46,415 bases of DNA from Bugula neritina (Eukaryota; Animalia; Bryozoa): NCBI GenBank assembly GCA_964035545.1, contig CAXIUT010000164.1:1-46415 (forward strand), given 5' to 3'. Every line of letters begins with the position of its first letter. Within the stretch, counting starts at the first letter, position 1. This document shows positions 1 to 13,618 of this stretch, piece after piece. Position numbers and translations under genes: made by a program. The notes under the pieces were generated by a model, which saw nothing but the letters and a program-made list of their open reading frames with translations, had not been told where the DNA came from and did not search any database.

Positions 1-93
1 CCCAACCCCAACCCCAACCCCAACCCCAACCCCAACCCCAACCCCAACCCCAACCCCAACCCCAACCCCAACCCCAACCCCAACCCCAACCCC
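1..93. repeat. Left telomere, (CCCCAA)n, 93 bp
   Basis: Perfect C4A2 array at the contig start, C-rich on +; Tetrahymena-type repeat. Confidence 0.99.
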
Positions 94-545
94 TTATATA
101 AGCAATAAAGCATATTGTAGTTAAAGTCAATTATTAAAAACATATTATTTTAGCAGATTTTAAAATAAATATATGCTAAGAGTAATTTTATCATAAGACT
201 GGATTTATCTTCTCCTGATCATTAAAATGAATTATTTTTTAAGGATTTTTTGTTGAAATCCATGCTCCTAATTGATCGAATTCTTTTCTCTTTGACGGTT
301 ATTTTGATGAAATTATCTAATTAACATTTTTTATGATTGACACTCTCAAATCTTGACTTTATAGTGAAGTAATAATCAATAGTTCTTTATGTATTTTGGG
401 CAATTAGTATCGAAAATGAATTTCGATGGAGATTTAAAATCTTTAATAGATTTGATTTGATTTGAGCGGACCTTTTGAAATCTGAATTTTAGCTTTAATA
501 CTACTTGGATTATTTTAAAATATAGAAATTTCCACAATAAAGAAG

Positions 546-1355
546 ATGACAACAGCTCCATCTGACAACTCAGTTGCTAACTTTATCCAAAAAAGTTTTG
601 AAATCCTAGAGAACAAAGAATATGAAGCTATCATACACTGGATGCCCAATGGTAAAGAGTTTGCGATAAAATAAATAGATGACTTCCAAGATCATATTCT
701 CCCAAAATACTTCAGACACAGAAATATTAACTCTTTCATCAGGCAGTTGAACATGTACGGCTTCCATAAGAGTCGTAAAGATCCAAGTAAAAATATTTTC
801 AGTCATCCTTATTTTATTAGAGGACATCCTCAACTGCTGAATCAAGTAAAGAGAAAAATAAAAAATGATTAAAAAGCAGAAGAATAACCTAAAAGTCAAG
901 CTAACTTAACACCTTAAAAAAATCATTAAAATATTGAACCTAGCACAGGTATATCTTCAAAGAAATCATTGCACTCTATCACACATCTCAAAGAAAATTC
1001 CTTAATAAAGCACTAAAAAGAGACTACTCAAACTAAAACAGAAATAGTGGCTCCTGTCTCTATGTTATCTATTCGTTCCTTTGGACTTCATCTCACTGAT
1101 AACAGTCCTTTCAAAAACTTGATCGAGAAGAGTGCTATCATGGACAGCAATCCAGAATTTTACCTGAAGATGATGGAACATAACAGTATTGGAATGGGAT
1201 TGATGGAAGATGAAGATGACAATCTGAGTATTGAGGATTAGATAGAAAAAGATCGAAGAGTTTTTCAAAATAGGAGAAGCGGGGTCTCAGTATTGCAGAC
1301 TCATAATTTACTTGAGGATCTGGATTTCCAAAATGAATTTAATGATAATTTATGA
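546..1355 (+). CDS. Heat-shock factor (HSF) DNA-binding domain protein
   Basis: With TAA/TAG=Glu, one ORF: FIQKSFEILE...IIHWMPNGKEFAI...ILPKYFRHRNINSFIRQLNMYGFHK; ends TGA. Confidence 0.93.
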
Positions 1356-1395
1356 TCTTTGTTTGTTTCTAATCATCATAAATAACCATAAGTAA

Positions 1396-1779
1396 TCATC
1401 CAATCAAAGGATATGTAAAGGGTTGATAGTCGTAAAGAAGATTCGCTTATGGCCCTATGATTCCACATTTTTCGAGAGTCATATCGTGGTCCAGTACCTT
1501 CGAACCGTCATATTCATCTTTGCAAATCAGAATGTCTGTGATTGACTCCTGATGGTGCCGAGCAATTGCCTTAGCGACCCTTCCTATTTTGGCACTGATG
1601 AGCATGGTTAACTTAAGAGTCATTGCATCATTAGGTATATCCATTTCATGGTGTTTGATTGTGAGTTATACCTTGGGTGTCACCAGTTCGGGATCCTCAT
1701 AGATGGGGATCTGATAGACAGGAGGATCGTACTATTTCTTTTTCTTTTTTCCCTTCTTCTTTTTTTTCTTTGGAGCCAT
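1396..1779 (-). CDS. Small protein with basic N-terminus and possible ubiquitin-like fold
   Basis: MAPKKKKKKGKKKKKEYDPP...VLDHDMTLEKCGI...LLYDYQPFTYPLIG-TGA; 128 codons; fold call is tentative. Confidence 0.75.
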
Positions 1780-1875
1780 TCTCCACTTGTAAATATAATT
1801 ATTGCAGTTGCATTCAAGGACTACTATTTATCTACTTTTCTGAAACTAGAACAAAAATAAAATAAGTATTACTAA

Positions 1876-2394
1876 TCACTATTATTCAAGTTTCCCGACT
1901 AACTTTGGAAGCTGTCTTTCTTTGACTCTTGATTCATAGAATGTTTTTTCATTGATTCTTCCAGGAGATTCTTTAGTGCAGACTTCTTTTCTTCTGGTGT
2001 CGAGAGTAGATCCCTTTTGAATCACTCTTAGGGCTATTTTTTTGTTTTAATCATTGATTTTAGTTTGTTCTCTAAACCTTTTTTCATGCATTGCCAGCAT
2101 ATATTTATCTTGTAATTTTTCTGGTCTTCTTTTCTTAGTGTTAATGATCTTGTCCAGGAGCAACTGGTTCTATGTTTTAATTTGATTTAAATTTTATAAA
2201 GATCGATGATTATTCGAACGGGCATGACAGTCATTGAGGAAACTCATGTAATGGGTATTAGAAAGATCAAGTTTAGGTTTTTTTGAAACTATGTTATCAA
2301 TTCTTTTAAGATAACGATCATAATGATCTTCATTGTCAAGGTTGGCATGCAAACGAGGGTTAGTAGAACGATAGTAGTCGAAGGTTTTTCTCAT
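1876..2394 (-). CDS. CFAP97/KIAA1430-like cilia-associated protein
   Basis: KPKLD motif plus two I-x-x-EN motifs (IKTENQLLLDKI, INDENKKIALRV) in which E is TAG/TAA; 173 codons. Confidence 0.6.
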
Positions 2395-2698
2395 AATTGG
2401 AAGAATTATATTAATCTATTTATATTTACTTAATCGATTCTAATTTTCTTCATTTATATAAAATAGATAAGATAGAGGACGATTGATTGAAATAAATTAT
2501 TGATTATAAAATCCTTTTAAAGTCCTTTATTTTATGTTTACCTCAATCAAATATCTCCAGATAAATATCATTGATTTTTTACATTTTTCTTAAATTAAAA
2601 CAAAATTCTAATCGTTTTTAATATTGGTGTTTAGTTTGTGTTGATTTGAAAGTTTTTATAGGATTTTTTTCATTTACTAATACTACGATTAATATAAA

Positions 2699-3472
2699 AT
2701 GAAGATAAATAAGCAAAATAATCATCATAGAACATAACTATATCTGAGTTTCACTAAAAATTTAAAGAAAAAAATACTTCTCATTAATGCGAAATCTTAA
2801 CCATCTGAAAAAGCTTCAAGACATTCTAGTCAAGATTCATAAAGCCTTTTTCGTGAGACATTTAGATAAATGACAAGATGGGGTAAAAGAAATCATTCTC
2901 CAAAATAAAGTCGAACCATTCATGAATCACAACCCAAATAAGTTTGTTTTAATTTTACATCTCCTCCTTTAACTATTGGGCACTCTCCACCTTTAATCTC
3001 ACCATAAAAAGCAAAAATTCATGATACTTTTTCTCAATATATGTGTAAAAAACATCAAATGGTGACTAATGGGTTCAGTACTGTTGTCGTGAGACGAAAA
3101 TAAAAGCTAAAAAAACATGATTTAGGAGAACTTGCCAACAATATAGCACAAGTTAAACCTTTGGGAATGAAATAAACCATAGAAGGGAAAAGGAATGAGC
3201 CAAAAAAAGAAGTTTTGAAAAGAAAAAAGAAATTAAACTAGATTGAAAACAAAAATAAGTTAACTAATTTTGAAGAAGAAGATTTTTATCCAAGAGGAAA
3301 ATCATAAAGACAGTAGTAATATCCTTCACCTCTTCCAAATAAAAATAAACGTAATCTATCTCATAAACCTCGATGGACTGATAAATTAAAACCTTGGCAA
3401 TAGAATGAGTAATCTAACTTTAGAAAATATTCTTTTAAACCTTTATTAGCTTTATCTGATTTCCTTTAATGA
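2699..3472 (+). CDS. Hypothetical basic protein
   Basis: 258-codon ATG..TGA frame under the UAR=Glu code; no recognised domain. Confidence 0.6.
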
Positions 3473-3504
3473 TGTTTTTTTTAATTCTATTGATATATAC
3501 AACA

Positions 3505-4695
3505 TCACTATGAAATCCTGATTTCAAATAAATTAATTTAGAATTAATTTTTTAACTCATTATGGCGTTTGAATATTTAACGACGTTTAGACTCTTCGCT
3601 GGTGGGATCTCTGAATTTTATATAGTCATTTTTCTTTATTATTTAAAATAAAGGAGGTAAATTCTTTCTCTATTCCACCTATTTCCAGTTTATTTATTCA
3701 AAAAACGGATGCTGTCGTAGTTGAGAAAGAGATAGTCTAGCAGTAGGATCTTTTTCTAAGAGATTTAGCATTAATTATCTAAATTAATGGCTCATATGTC
3801 CAATTTTACTATTGATTTTGTCCTGTATAAAGTTTTTTCCAAGCATTTGTTCATACTATGTAATTGAATGATTGATTTATTCTTCAGTTTCAATAGGATT
3901 TTACTTAAATTTCAACTAATAAGCGATAATACCAAGTGCCCATACGTCAACTTTCTCATCAAAATGGCCACTAACTACTTCAGGAGCCATATATTCGAGT
4001 GCTCCCATGTAAGTTGATATTCTTTTTTGATTATCATTGAGTAACAATTTTGAACTACCATAATCTGTAAGTTTAATGTGTCCCTCATCAGTTATTAAGA
4101 TATTTTATGGTTTAAGAGCACGATAGACAATTCCTTGAGAATGCAGATATTCTAAACCAATTACTATTTATGCTAGGACGTCTCTAATAACTATTTAAGA
4201 AAGAGTGGCTGATTGTTTGTTGGAGTAGAAATAGAGGTCACCTTTGGGAAGATATTACATTACAATGTAAATGTTTTAGTTGTTTTGAAAGGTTTAATAT
4301 ATTTGAGTCAGGAAGGGATGTTTTCTGATGGAAGTTATTAAGTCGTTTTGTAATAAATTTGTCTCATTTATTTTAGATTTTGATACCATTTTCATTGCTA
4401 CTTTTTTGCCTGTCAACTTCTCTTCAGCAAGTACTACTAATCCAAAAGACCCTTTCCCTAATATTTTTACACTTTGATAGTTTTATGGACCTCGGCCTTG
4501 TTTCTATCTTCTTGGAGTACTTTCTACTTGAGCTCTAATGTTGTTGTTGCTTGGTTGAGATACAGATGATTTGACTCCTTATTTTTTTGATGCTTTTTAT
4601 TGAATGGGTTTTATAGATTTTTTTCTAGATGGACGGGGCTCAGTTGTCTGAGGGGAAGGTTAAGATTCGTTGCAACAGGGAAGGGAGTTGCCCAT
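3505..4695 (-). CDS. AGC-family kinase-like protein, probable pseudokinase (YRA in place of HRD)
   Basis: MGNSPS start; LGKGSFGLV, VAMK, GIVYRALKPENIL, IKLTDYG, LEYMAPE, VDVWALGIIAYEL, HPFFEEINW. Confidence 0.9.
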
Positions 4696-4835
4696 TTTAT
4701 AATTAAAACATAGTGCTAGGGTTATAATTGCATTAAAGAAAAGATATTATTTATTTGCCAAAATAATAAAAAAAGAAAGATACTAAATAGAACCTGTAAT
4801 AATCTTTCTAATAAGAACTATAGACAAGAGTGAAA

Positions 4836-5892
4836 TCACTCAGGACGTTTGATTCTACGTCCATTAGTTTATTCGGGAAGAGTAAGGGCAAGTTCTTTTG
4901 TATGTTTGAGAATTTCAATAGTCCATGGTAACCTTCTCATTCCTTATATTTTACCTACATTCTTCTATTTAATAGCTGCTTCAATTAATGATGATAGGTA
5001 GACAATCTTTTTGGTGTTATCTTCTCTGATAATTGCTTCAAGATCCTCTAGATCAAATAAAAAATACTTAAAAAAGAGTCATAGTCTTAAGCAAAGCGAG
5101 GGCAGCTGAAAACTCTTTTGAGAAAGTTACAATTCATAGTTTTTTCTGAGGAATTTTTTCTTTTTTAGAGGGAAAGTACTTGAAAGGAACACTGAAGGAT
5201 TAGGCATCATCTTCTTCAGCAAAATATTTACGCATTGAGCTTTCAAGGCCTCTCCCTGATGTTTCTTTTTTACTTTTTTCAGAAACGTACTTAAATGCTT
5301 TTCTCATACAATACTTAGTAAGTTCTTCTTTAGTTTTTTTCAATTTTTTGAATTTCTCAACTAAAATTTTAAACGTTTGTTCGACAAATGGACCTAGCTA
5401 GTAAAATCTCTTTCCTTCTTGTAGTAGAACACTTTCCTTTTGTCCTGAGTGTTCTACCAAAAATTAAATCATTGATCTACATTAAATAAGAGTTACTGCA
5501 CTGAAGGAGTGAAATTTTAGGAGCTGAGAGAGAGAAAAGGAAGCTGAGGCAATTATTTTGGTGAATTGAAGCGAGTTGAGGGCATTTAACAGCGATGTTA
5601 ATTAATAGGCGAGTGAGGTTATTCTTAGAATTCTTCCTTTACAGCTTACGGTTCACCGAGAGAAGCCGTAGTCATTGTTGAGTAAGTTATAGGGGGTCAG
5701 GGAGGAGGGCTAGCAGTCAGGGATCGGTAATGAATGGGGTTAAGGTTCGAGTCTGAAGGAGCCTAAGTCTTCAAGTTCATCTGAGATCTTGCGGAGATGG
5801 GGAAAAGGACTAAGCACTGGACTTGGACCCTGCTTAAGCAGTGGGGAGAAGAAGTGGAAAGATTGAGCTGGACTATTATTGCTATTATTCAT
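4836..5892 (-). CDS. Ciliate-type hypothetical protein (KEELTKYCMRKAFK...RLPWT)
   Basis: 20-nt introns at 5477-5496 and 5048-5067. The 5' part needs a +1 shift at the G5 run 5692-5696, or the gene starts at a later ATG near 5675. Confidence 0.6.
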
Positions 5893-6181
5893 AAATAATA
5901 TGATTTGTAATTGTTGCAATAAAACTGTCATTGCTTCTATATCAAAACTCTGGATACTATCTATTTATTCATTTTTAATATTTATATCAGAACAGCGATT
6001 CAATCTTAATGTTAATAATTTCTGATAGAATGCGCAAATACTGTTATTCAAATATTATAAAACTACTTTCACTAAAATAAAGAATCACCAATTAGAAAGT
6101 CAGTTTAAAGCTATAAAATACAAACTAAAGCTGATAGTAGTCGTAGAATAGACTTGATAATGATCATAATAATATTAAAAT

Positions 6182-6905
6182 ATGGGACAAAATCTCAATC
6201 ACAAAAAATAGTCTTCAATACCCCAACAGCTTTCTTTTGGTTAATGCAAATCGTCTCTTATTGATAGTAATTAACTCCTCCAGTATCATTGCTGATAAGT
6301 AGACAAAATAGAGAGGAGTTGCGACTATCTCTTCATCTTTACATGAGCTCATTTAAGTACAACCAGGTTCACTGGCAGTAATCGAGAATTATATGTGCAA
6401 TCAGTAACTTTGGAGTCACTCGAGATGTCGAGCCTCAGTTGAAGAAATTACTCTTGATATGGAACAGATATATAGAATTCATGAACTCATAAAACACTTT
6501 AGAAAAAAAAAGTATGTATTTAAGTTAAAAAGAAAACAAAGGGCAATAGCCTAAAGCTACGACTACAGGTGGTCAGGAATAATAGAATGATTGTTGTATT
6601 TGTTTTGAAGAAAAGGCCAGTACTGTTCTTCCATGTGGAGTAATTTATGATATACCTAGCACTGCTATTGTCCAGTTTGTACTTCGAAGTATATAATTGA
6701 GCAGGTGTAGCATAAATGTCCTCAATGCCGTCGTGCTTTTCATGGTAGTAAGGCTATGATATAAAAATCATTTTATTAGGTAATAGAATAAGATGAACTT
6801 CTTTATGATCAGGCGAGAAGTCAAATTCTAGAATGTGTGGCTAAATATAATGTTCAAGCTGTGAGAGTTCTCAGACAATAAATTTTATAAAATTAAATTA
6901 AATGA
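6182..6905 (+). CDS. C3HC4 RING-finger protein (RNF141-like)
   Basis: MGQ start; CCICFEEKASTVLPCG/HCYCPVC...CPQCR; 20-nt introns 6283-6302 and 6640-6659. Confidence 0.88.
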
Positions 6906-6957
6906 TAATGGTACTTATTATTTATTATTTATTATTTATTATCCTTGAAAATATAAA

Positions 6958-8055
6958 TCAACAGTCTTATTTAATTTTTCTATATCTTTTGGGATATACT
7001 TTGTATTCAAGTTGAACTGTAGCTTCAGATTCATGCATTTTTATCTTTACTAGATTTCTCTGGAGGGAAGCATATACTACTTTTCTTTATTTTGTTAGAT
7101 CATTTTTCTTATATTATTTGCTTCCTTTCAAATTAGTAACTATATTTTCACCTTAGTTTTATCCAAAAGAGACAAGGGGTAGGTCAATTGTACCAACCAG
7201 GACAGCTTGTACTCCACTATACTTCCATATTCTGAGAGGTATAAAATCTCCTATTTTACTCAAGTTAAATGAAAATTTGATTTCTCCTGATCTTCCTCTA
7301 TGAGGTAATTTTCTATATTCAACAGGATTGGTTTTAACAGTTTTCTAACTAATCGAAATTCTAGTATGATCGATTTATCTATCGAAATGAATCCTTTAGA
7401 TTAGTTCTAATTGAATCAGCATATCATTTTTAATAGATGGATTCTCATGTATTTCTATGTGATTCAATTTAAGAACAGTTGAGCCTGAACCATAGCCTCC
7501 TGGAGGATAGATAAAACATGCTCCATGTAAACCTTGTGGTTTATTTTATCTTTATAGTTGATAGGAAGTATGTGGAATTATCTTTGATACGACACTTTCT
7601 TTCCATTCATCTTTTATATCATTTTGAAGAACGAATAAAGTTTTTTTGCGAGGACTACTGCTACACCTTCTTATTGATTTTTTATTTCTTATACATATAT
7701 TTTTTTATTCTTTCTTCTATTCACTTTATAACCCTCTCTCTATTTTCTATGATGTCTTATGAAAACTGTGAATACTGTGATACTTTTTACTTGTTCTTTC
7801 TTGATTTCTGGATATATTTTGAGATCGATGAACAGTTTTTCTCCCAACTGAAGCAATAGATTAAATAATTGTTTTATCTCGTTTAGGATTAATTATTTTC
7901 TTGAGAAGAAGATGATTAGTAATGCGATAGTGATATTATTAGGAAATATGTGGTAGAAGTTTGAAATGCTAGTACTTTCTTTTTTGTTTGATAGCTCTAG
8001 AAGCTTATTTTTTGGGATAATAAGTCAAATACTTATTCTTTTCTGACTATTCCAT
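6958..8055 (-). CDS. Hypothetical protein
   Basis: 366-codon ATG..TGA frame; beta-rich C-terminal half (LRIWKYSGVQAVLVGTIDLPL). Confidence 0.6.
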
Positions 8056-8163
8056 TTAATTATATATTCTATCTAACAAATAAACTCAGTTGACAGTAAC
8101 TTCTTTTTATCTATTTTAAAAAGAAAGAAGAACATTCTTTATATATAATATTTAAATAATAAA

Positions 8164-8631
8164 ATGGCCTGGTATTCAACTCTTCAAACTCTCAACTATC
8201 CTCATTTAGCAAAATACTTGATACTGATAATGCTCCTTCTTGAACTTTTAGTCGCAATCTACCTCATAGTATCCAATGAACAATCTTAAAAAGCGACTAA
8301 ATTGTCTATATTTCTTTTAGTCACCTCAATAGTCTCACTTTTCTCAGTATTCCTTACTATTCCTATTAAATTTTATCACTACCACTGGATATCTTTCAGA
8401 TTGATGATGGGAATAGCCATGTTGATGCGAGTGATAGCTATTATATGGATTGTGACTCTTAATAATTAGGTTTCGGATTAACTGTTTATCACATTTGAAG
8501 GATATGCTGGATTAATGAGAACTCAGTTGATTTTTTTCATATTACTGGCAGTATTGGTCTATGAGAAGAGCAAGTACTACAGGACAAGGAAAGAAGTATA
8601 AGAAATGCAGGGAAAATTTTTACCTAACTGA
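8164..8631 (+). CDS. Small multi-pass membrane protein (about 4 TM)
   Basis: 156 codons with four hydrophobic segments. Confidence 0.75.
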
Positions 8632-8775
8632 CTGATTTTTATATTTCCACTTATTTGATCAAATAGTCATAATTTTTTTATTAATTGATGTCTGATAATT
8701 AATGACCATGATTAGAATTGATCAGATTGTCTTATTATGTGCTCTCATCAAAAAGCATTTAAATATAATTACAAG

Positions 8776-9099
8776 ATGTCGATATTTGAAGAAAAAGAAT
8801 ATTGTTAGGTTTTCGCTAAGGATAGTCGCAACAAGAAGGCTTTGGGTATGGGAGCCAAGCGCAACAACAAGAAGGAACTCGTCAAAAGAATGGCTAAGAT
8901 ACAGGAAAGAGAGTAACAAGCAGAGATGGATAAACGCATTGTTGATGATAGTACTGATGAGGATGAGGAAAGTGCAACTGTTAAAAAATATTCAAATGGA
9001 AAGAAGAGAAAGTAATTGAGAAAGCAAACTCATTTCTTTGAGATAGAGGAAGAAGAAGAGGGAATTAGTAGAAAGAAAAAAAGAGGAAAAAGACTTTGA
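8776..9099 (+). CDS. Small charged hypothetical protein
   Basis: MSIFEEKEYCEVFAKDSRNKKALGMGAKR...DDSTDEDEESA...KKKRGKRL-TGA. This frame differs from the supplied 8702..9019 ORF. Confidence 0.65.
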
Positions 9100-9102
9100 C
9101 AA

Positions 9103-12081
9103 TCAAATTAATTGTTTGTTTATGTTTTTTATCAATTAAGCAGTCAGTAGAAATCAATTTAATGAAAAAACTCAAAGAAAAATAAGAAATTTAAATTACT
9201 GATGCAATGTATTGAGTGCTATTCTTAAATTAGGAGTATAATAAGGATACTTTGAATTAAAGATCATGATCAGTTAAATTTGATACCTATTTTTTTGCAA
9301 AATAAATCTAAATGTCCACATAATGCATCTTTTTATTCTCCTATACATTCTGTATGAAATTTTAAGATAATTCCAATCATCTTTTTTAACTAACTGAGTT
9401 AAATATCTCTATTTTATGTATCTTGACTTTAGAGGCATACTATATCGGTTTTATTGGTGATTTCTGCAGGAGATCTCATGATTAATTTAATTTGTTCATA
9501 GCTACCTTTTTATCTACGTCTGATTATACAGAATTGATGGTAGATAGACTGAATTAATTTATTTTATAAACTGTTATGACTGTGATATTATTTTTTGAAG
9601 TTCCAGTCCATATCTGATGCTTCTACTTTATTGTTGTTGTAAAGAGCTCTTTTGGGGTTAATATTTGATGTAAAAATATTGTTTCTATAGAGCAAGCACT
9701 GATAGTTAAGTATATTTTTATCGTTTATGAAAAGATTGAAGATATCTACGTTGTTGAAATGCAGGAAGGGAGGATTGAAGAAGATAGGTTCATCTTTTAT
9801 TCGAATATTAGAGTAGTTACTGAATGTTAATTTAATTTAATTGAAATATTTTGATTATAATTTTTTAACAAGAGTTGAGAGTTCAACTTTTGGAGGTCTA
9901 TAAGGTTGTTTTACTGATGGACTACGTAGAGATGTAATTGTCGTGTCATAGACTTTGCTTTTTATGTGAGAATAGATGTTGGTATGATTTTTTTGAGGTT
10001 GATTTTATGAATTGTTTTTATTTCTTTTTGAATATTTACTTTATTTACTTTATTTACTTTATTTAATTGATACTCTTTATTTTTACATCTCTTCTCTTTG
10101 AATCAAGAAAAACTTCTTTTAACTATTAGAAAAGTGATTAATACTGTCTTCGAGTATTTCTGGAGAATCAGTCTGAACAGCCATATCTTGAAAAGATATA
10201 TCATCATAGTCAAACCCTGAACTTGATTCTAAAGGGGTGCTATCTCTATTGTTTACACTGTTTTCAGAATGTTAATTTTCAATAGTGAATCTAATAGAAT
10301 GTTTTTATTTTAGTTTAATACGTTACTTTAAAATACTAGCAGCTTTCTTGCTATTCCTCTGAAATCCATTGACTGTATTATTTAATGGAGATATTGATTT
10401 ATTTTATGAAATATGGATACTTTGTGTATTTTATCTATTAGTAGTTTAGCTTTATTCATTTTATTCTCTTATTTACTTGAAAGATTTTAAACTTTTTAAA
10501 CATTGTTTAGAATTTGAAGTTATTTGAGAATTATTTGATATCATTGACTTCCTGTAACTTAAAAATTATTATTCAAACTCAGCTGATTTTGATTATAGTA
10601 ATTTTCTTAAATTTTCATTTAACATCTTTTGACTTTATAACTCATTTTTTAACCTTCTAAAATCTGATAAAATCAACTTTATTTTTTGTTACATCTTTTA
10701 TTTTTAACTATACTCTACATAAACTGTTTGAGTCTATTTAGGTATCATTTGTTCTTGTTTATTCTTTTTAAATTATATTATTTTTTTAGTTACTAATTAC
10801 CCCAACTTTATCTTTGCTTATTAGTAACGCTAAGTTATCTTCATCCTCATTTCTTCTTAGAAGGAATCATAAGTCATATCACTGGTCATTTTAAATTACT
10901 ATAGACCAACCAATTGACTGTGACTTACAAATCTGTTGATTGCTTCTGTTTTTAGATTGAATTAGTTAAGTACTTATTCTAAAACATTGCCTTTATTTGA
11001 ATTCTAGAGTTTCATTTCTGCATATTTTTTCGATAAAATCTATGTTTATTTATTATTACGTCTACATCTCCTGGATCACTAATATATCTTTTACTGGAAG
11101 CTTCTTTTAAAGTCTAAATATACTAAATAATACATATTTTTCGAAGACTTGTTCTTGGAAGTCAAAAAAATGATTTATTTCATCTTTTCTTTTTTTAGGA
11201 GCTTCACGAATATCGTTGTGGACTTATCCTGCAGAAATACCTTTTCTTTTATTTTTAGTATTTTTATAGGGATTGTCTTTTATTAATTATTAACAAAATG
11301 CACAGACAGCTGATTATTTTTATTATTAAGCACTGTGTTTGCTTTATTAGGTCTCATTTTTATTCTTTTTTGGTTAAAATTTATGAGAATTTTCTTGATA
11401 TTAATAAGAATACTCAGCCATGAGCGCATGAACCATTTGATGATTTTTATCAATTGGACAAATGTTTTTCCAATACAAAATCCAAATTATGGGATTTATA
11501 CAAAATCACAGGTATCTTTGATTTCTAATTTATATCAGTTGGTACCTATCTGGAATAAATAGTACATAAGATGAATATTTAGTAGGAAGTTAATATATTT
11601 TTGAGGGTGATGAGGATCTAATTTTATTTCTTTTTCTTTTTCATCTATTTGTTGAATTAAGATTCTAGCTTATAAAGAGTTTCAAGACCTGCTTCTGAGA
11701 ATGACTTTAGATAGGAAAAGAAAGCATTGAATTTCATTTCTTATGATTTCATACTGAAGATGTCATACTTAATATTGTCCATTCGAATGTTTCTATTCAA
11801 GAATTATAATGTTCTTTATATAATAATAGAAGATTCAATTATATACTTGACAATTTGAGATTAATAACACTATCCATCATATTTCATCAATGTTGATCTC
11901 AAAATTGACCTGAATAGATATCTTGCTATTCGATTTTAATTGAGAATTTTATAATTTTTGATGAAGTATACTTTAGGCAGACTATTAACAGTCAGTAAAG
12001 AGTGAATTCATCTTATTAAATTTTATGATGTTTAGATTAAACTATTAAATTAATTTAGTAAATCTATTGAATATTGACATC
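9103..12081 (-). CDS. Large low-complexity/coiled-coil hypothetical protein (one or two genes; exon structure unresolved)
   Basis: Long TGA-free K/E/N-rich frames on the minus strand; 5' region and boundaries are approximate. Confidence 0.4.
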
Positions 12082-12104
12082 ACTGCTATTTTATAAAATT
12101 ATTC

Positions 12105-13289
12105 ATGTAATCAAATCGTATAGGCACTTTCATCAAAAGAAAATCCATCTAAAAACTTGATATAGTTCTTCCTCGCTCGAAAAAACGTTAGTTTAGTTCA
12201 TAGGGTCGCACTATCCATAAAGAACTTCGTCCTCCTTGTGAATAACTAAAATAATTCAGAAAAAAACAACTATGTACAGTCACTTCTTAGAAATAATTGC
12301 TTTAAGAAAGTCTTAAACAAAGCAGATTTGATGATGATCATCATAATACTGAGAGTATTGCTCAGTTGTTAAGTAGTAAAATGTTAAGTAATCTTAATAC
12401 TGCAAGAAATAAGTTAACTGATAAAGAAAAACTGTCAATACCTCGATCAGATCAACTGACTTCTCAGAGGGAAAGTATATAATCTGAGAGTATTGCTGTC
12501 AAATAGAGTTAGATGAGTAAGTAAAAGGGAGACGAAAGTGAAAAAGGGGAAAACTATGATGACTATATACTGGGTTAGCAGATAGATGAGGAAGATGGCT
12601 AAAGTGAATCTAAATCTAAATAGATAAAAAAGTTCAAATCGGACAATTCTTCTGTTAATATAAGTAACAGATATATCCCATCGACTGAAAGTTAAATCCG
12701 GATGTAGAAAAACTACATTAACAATCAGATGAAGAAGATGCGCCAACTGCATGAAGATAAAGATATTGCATAGTTGATGAGCCAATATAAAAATTCAAAG
12801 CAGAAGGTAAGTAACCATTCAAAGAAGAAGCATTAAACTGCTAGAATGTTAGCTGCTCTGAGATAAGATGGACGGTTAGAGAGAGTTGTATCTCTGCCAA
12901 CTATCAAAGCCAAAAAAGAAATAATTATACCAGAAGTAGAGGAGAAAGATGCTGAAGAGAGTAAGAAGAATATTATTGCTAGAGGATTCTAGAAAACAAA
13001 TAGTAATAAAATTGTACAAGACAGAAGACTGAAAGATAGTTGTTCTTTTGGTAAGTTGGGTTTCGGATCAAAAAAAGTGAGAACAATATGTGACCAAGAT
13101 ATCTATGAGTAGTAATTCGCAGAAGTAGAAGAAATTAGGAATAAACTTAGATCTAAGGGAGTTTATATAGATGCAAAAAAACTACAAAAGGGTTTGATTA
13201 ATTCTAAACATTTTCCTAGTTATGAGAAGAAAGAATATCCTGCTTCAGTCTTGCCTTCTAATCCTATTTATAAAAAGTTTCCTCTCTGA
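12105..13289 (+). CDS. Hypothetical charged protein
   Basis: 395-codon ATG..TGA frame ending EEVEEIRNKL...LPSNPIYKKFPL. Confidence 0.65.
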
Positions 13290-13309
13290 TTATGTAATAT
13301 ATTTACTTA

Positions 13310-13391
13310 AAAAATATATTTTATTCAACTTTTTTATAGAAATACTATTGAAAAATATATTTTATTCAACTTTTTTATAGAAATACTATTG
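13310..13391. repeat. Perfect 41-bp tandem duplication (2 copies)
   Basis: aaaaatatattttattcaacttttttatagaaatactattg at 13310-13350 and 13351-13391. Confidence 0.95.
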
Positions 13392-13618
13392 AAATTAAGA
13401 TATTTGATGATGTAATAGGTAAAGATTGAATAGTTAATAAAATTGATTATTATCAATAATTTGATTTGCTTCAAAAGCAGCTGTATTTTGGACAGATGCA
13501 ATAAAAAAGAGCCGACTAGAGACCTATCTTACATCTGAACTGATTTATTCTCATAATGATAAATATTAATAAGTGATAAATATACTAAACCTTTTTAATG
13601 ATTATGTTTCATTATCGA

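Noticed and set aside
10034-10060. (ATTTACTTT)x3 microrepeat
   Set aside because: An ordinary tripeptide repeat within a low-complexity CDS
13395-13615. Possible snoRNA or small ORF in the intergenic gap
   Set aside because: Box C/D-like words are expected by chance; no supporting stem or recognisable product. No tRNA or rRNA was recognised anywhere in the window
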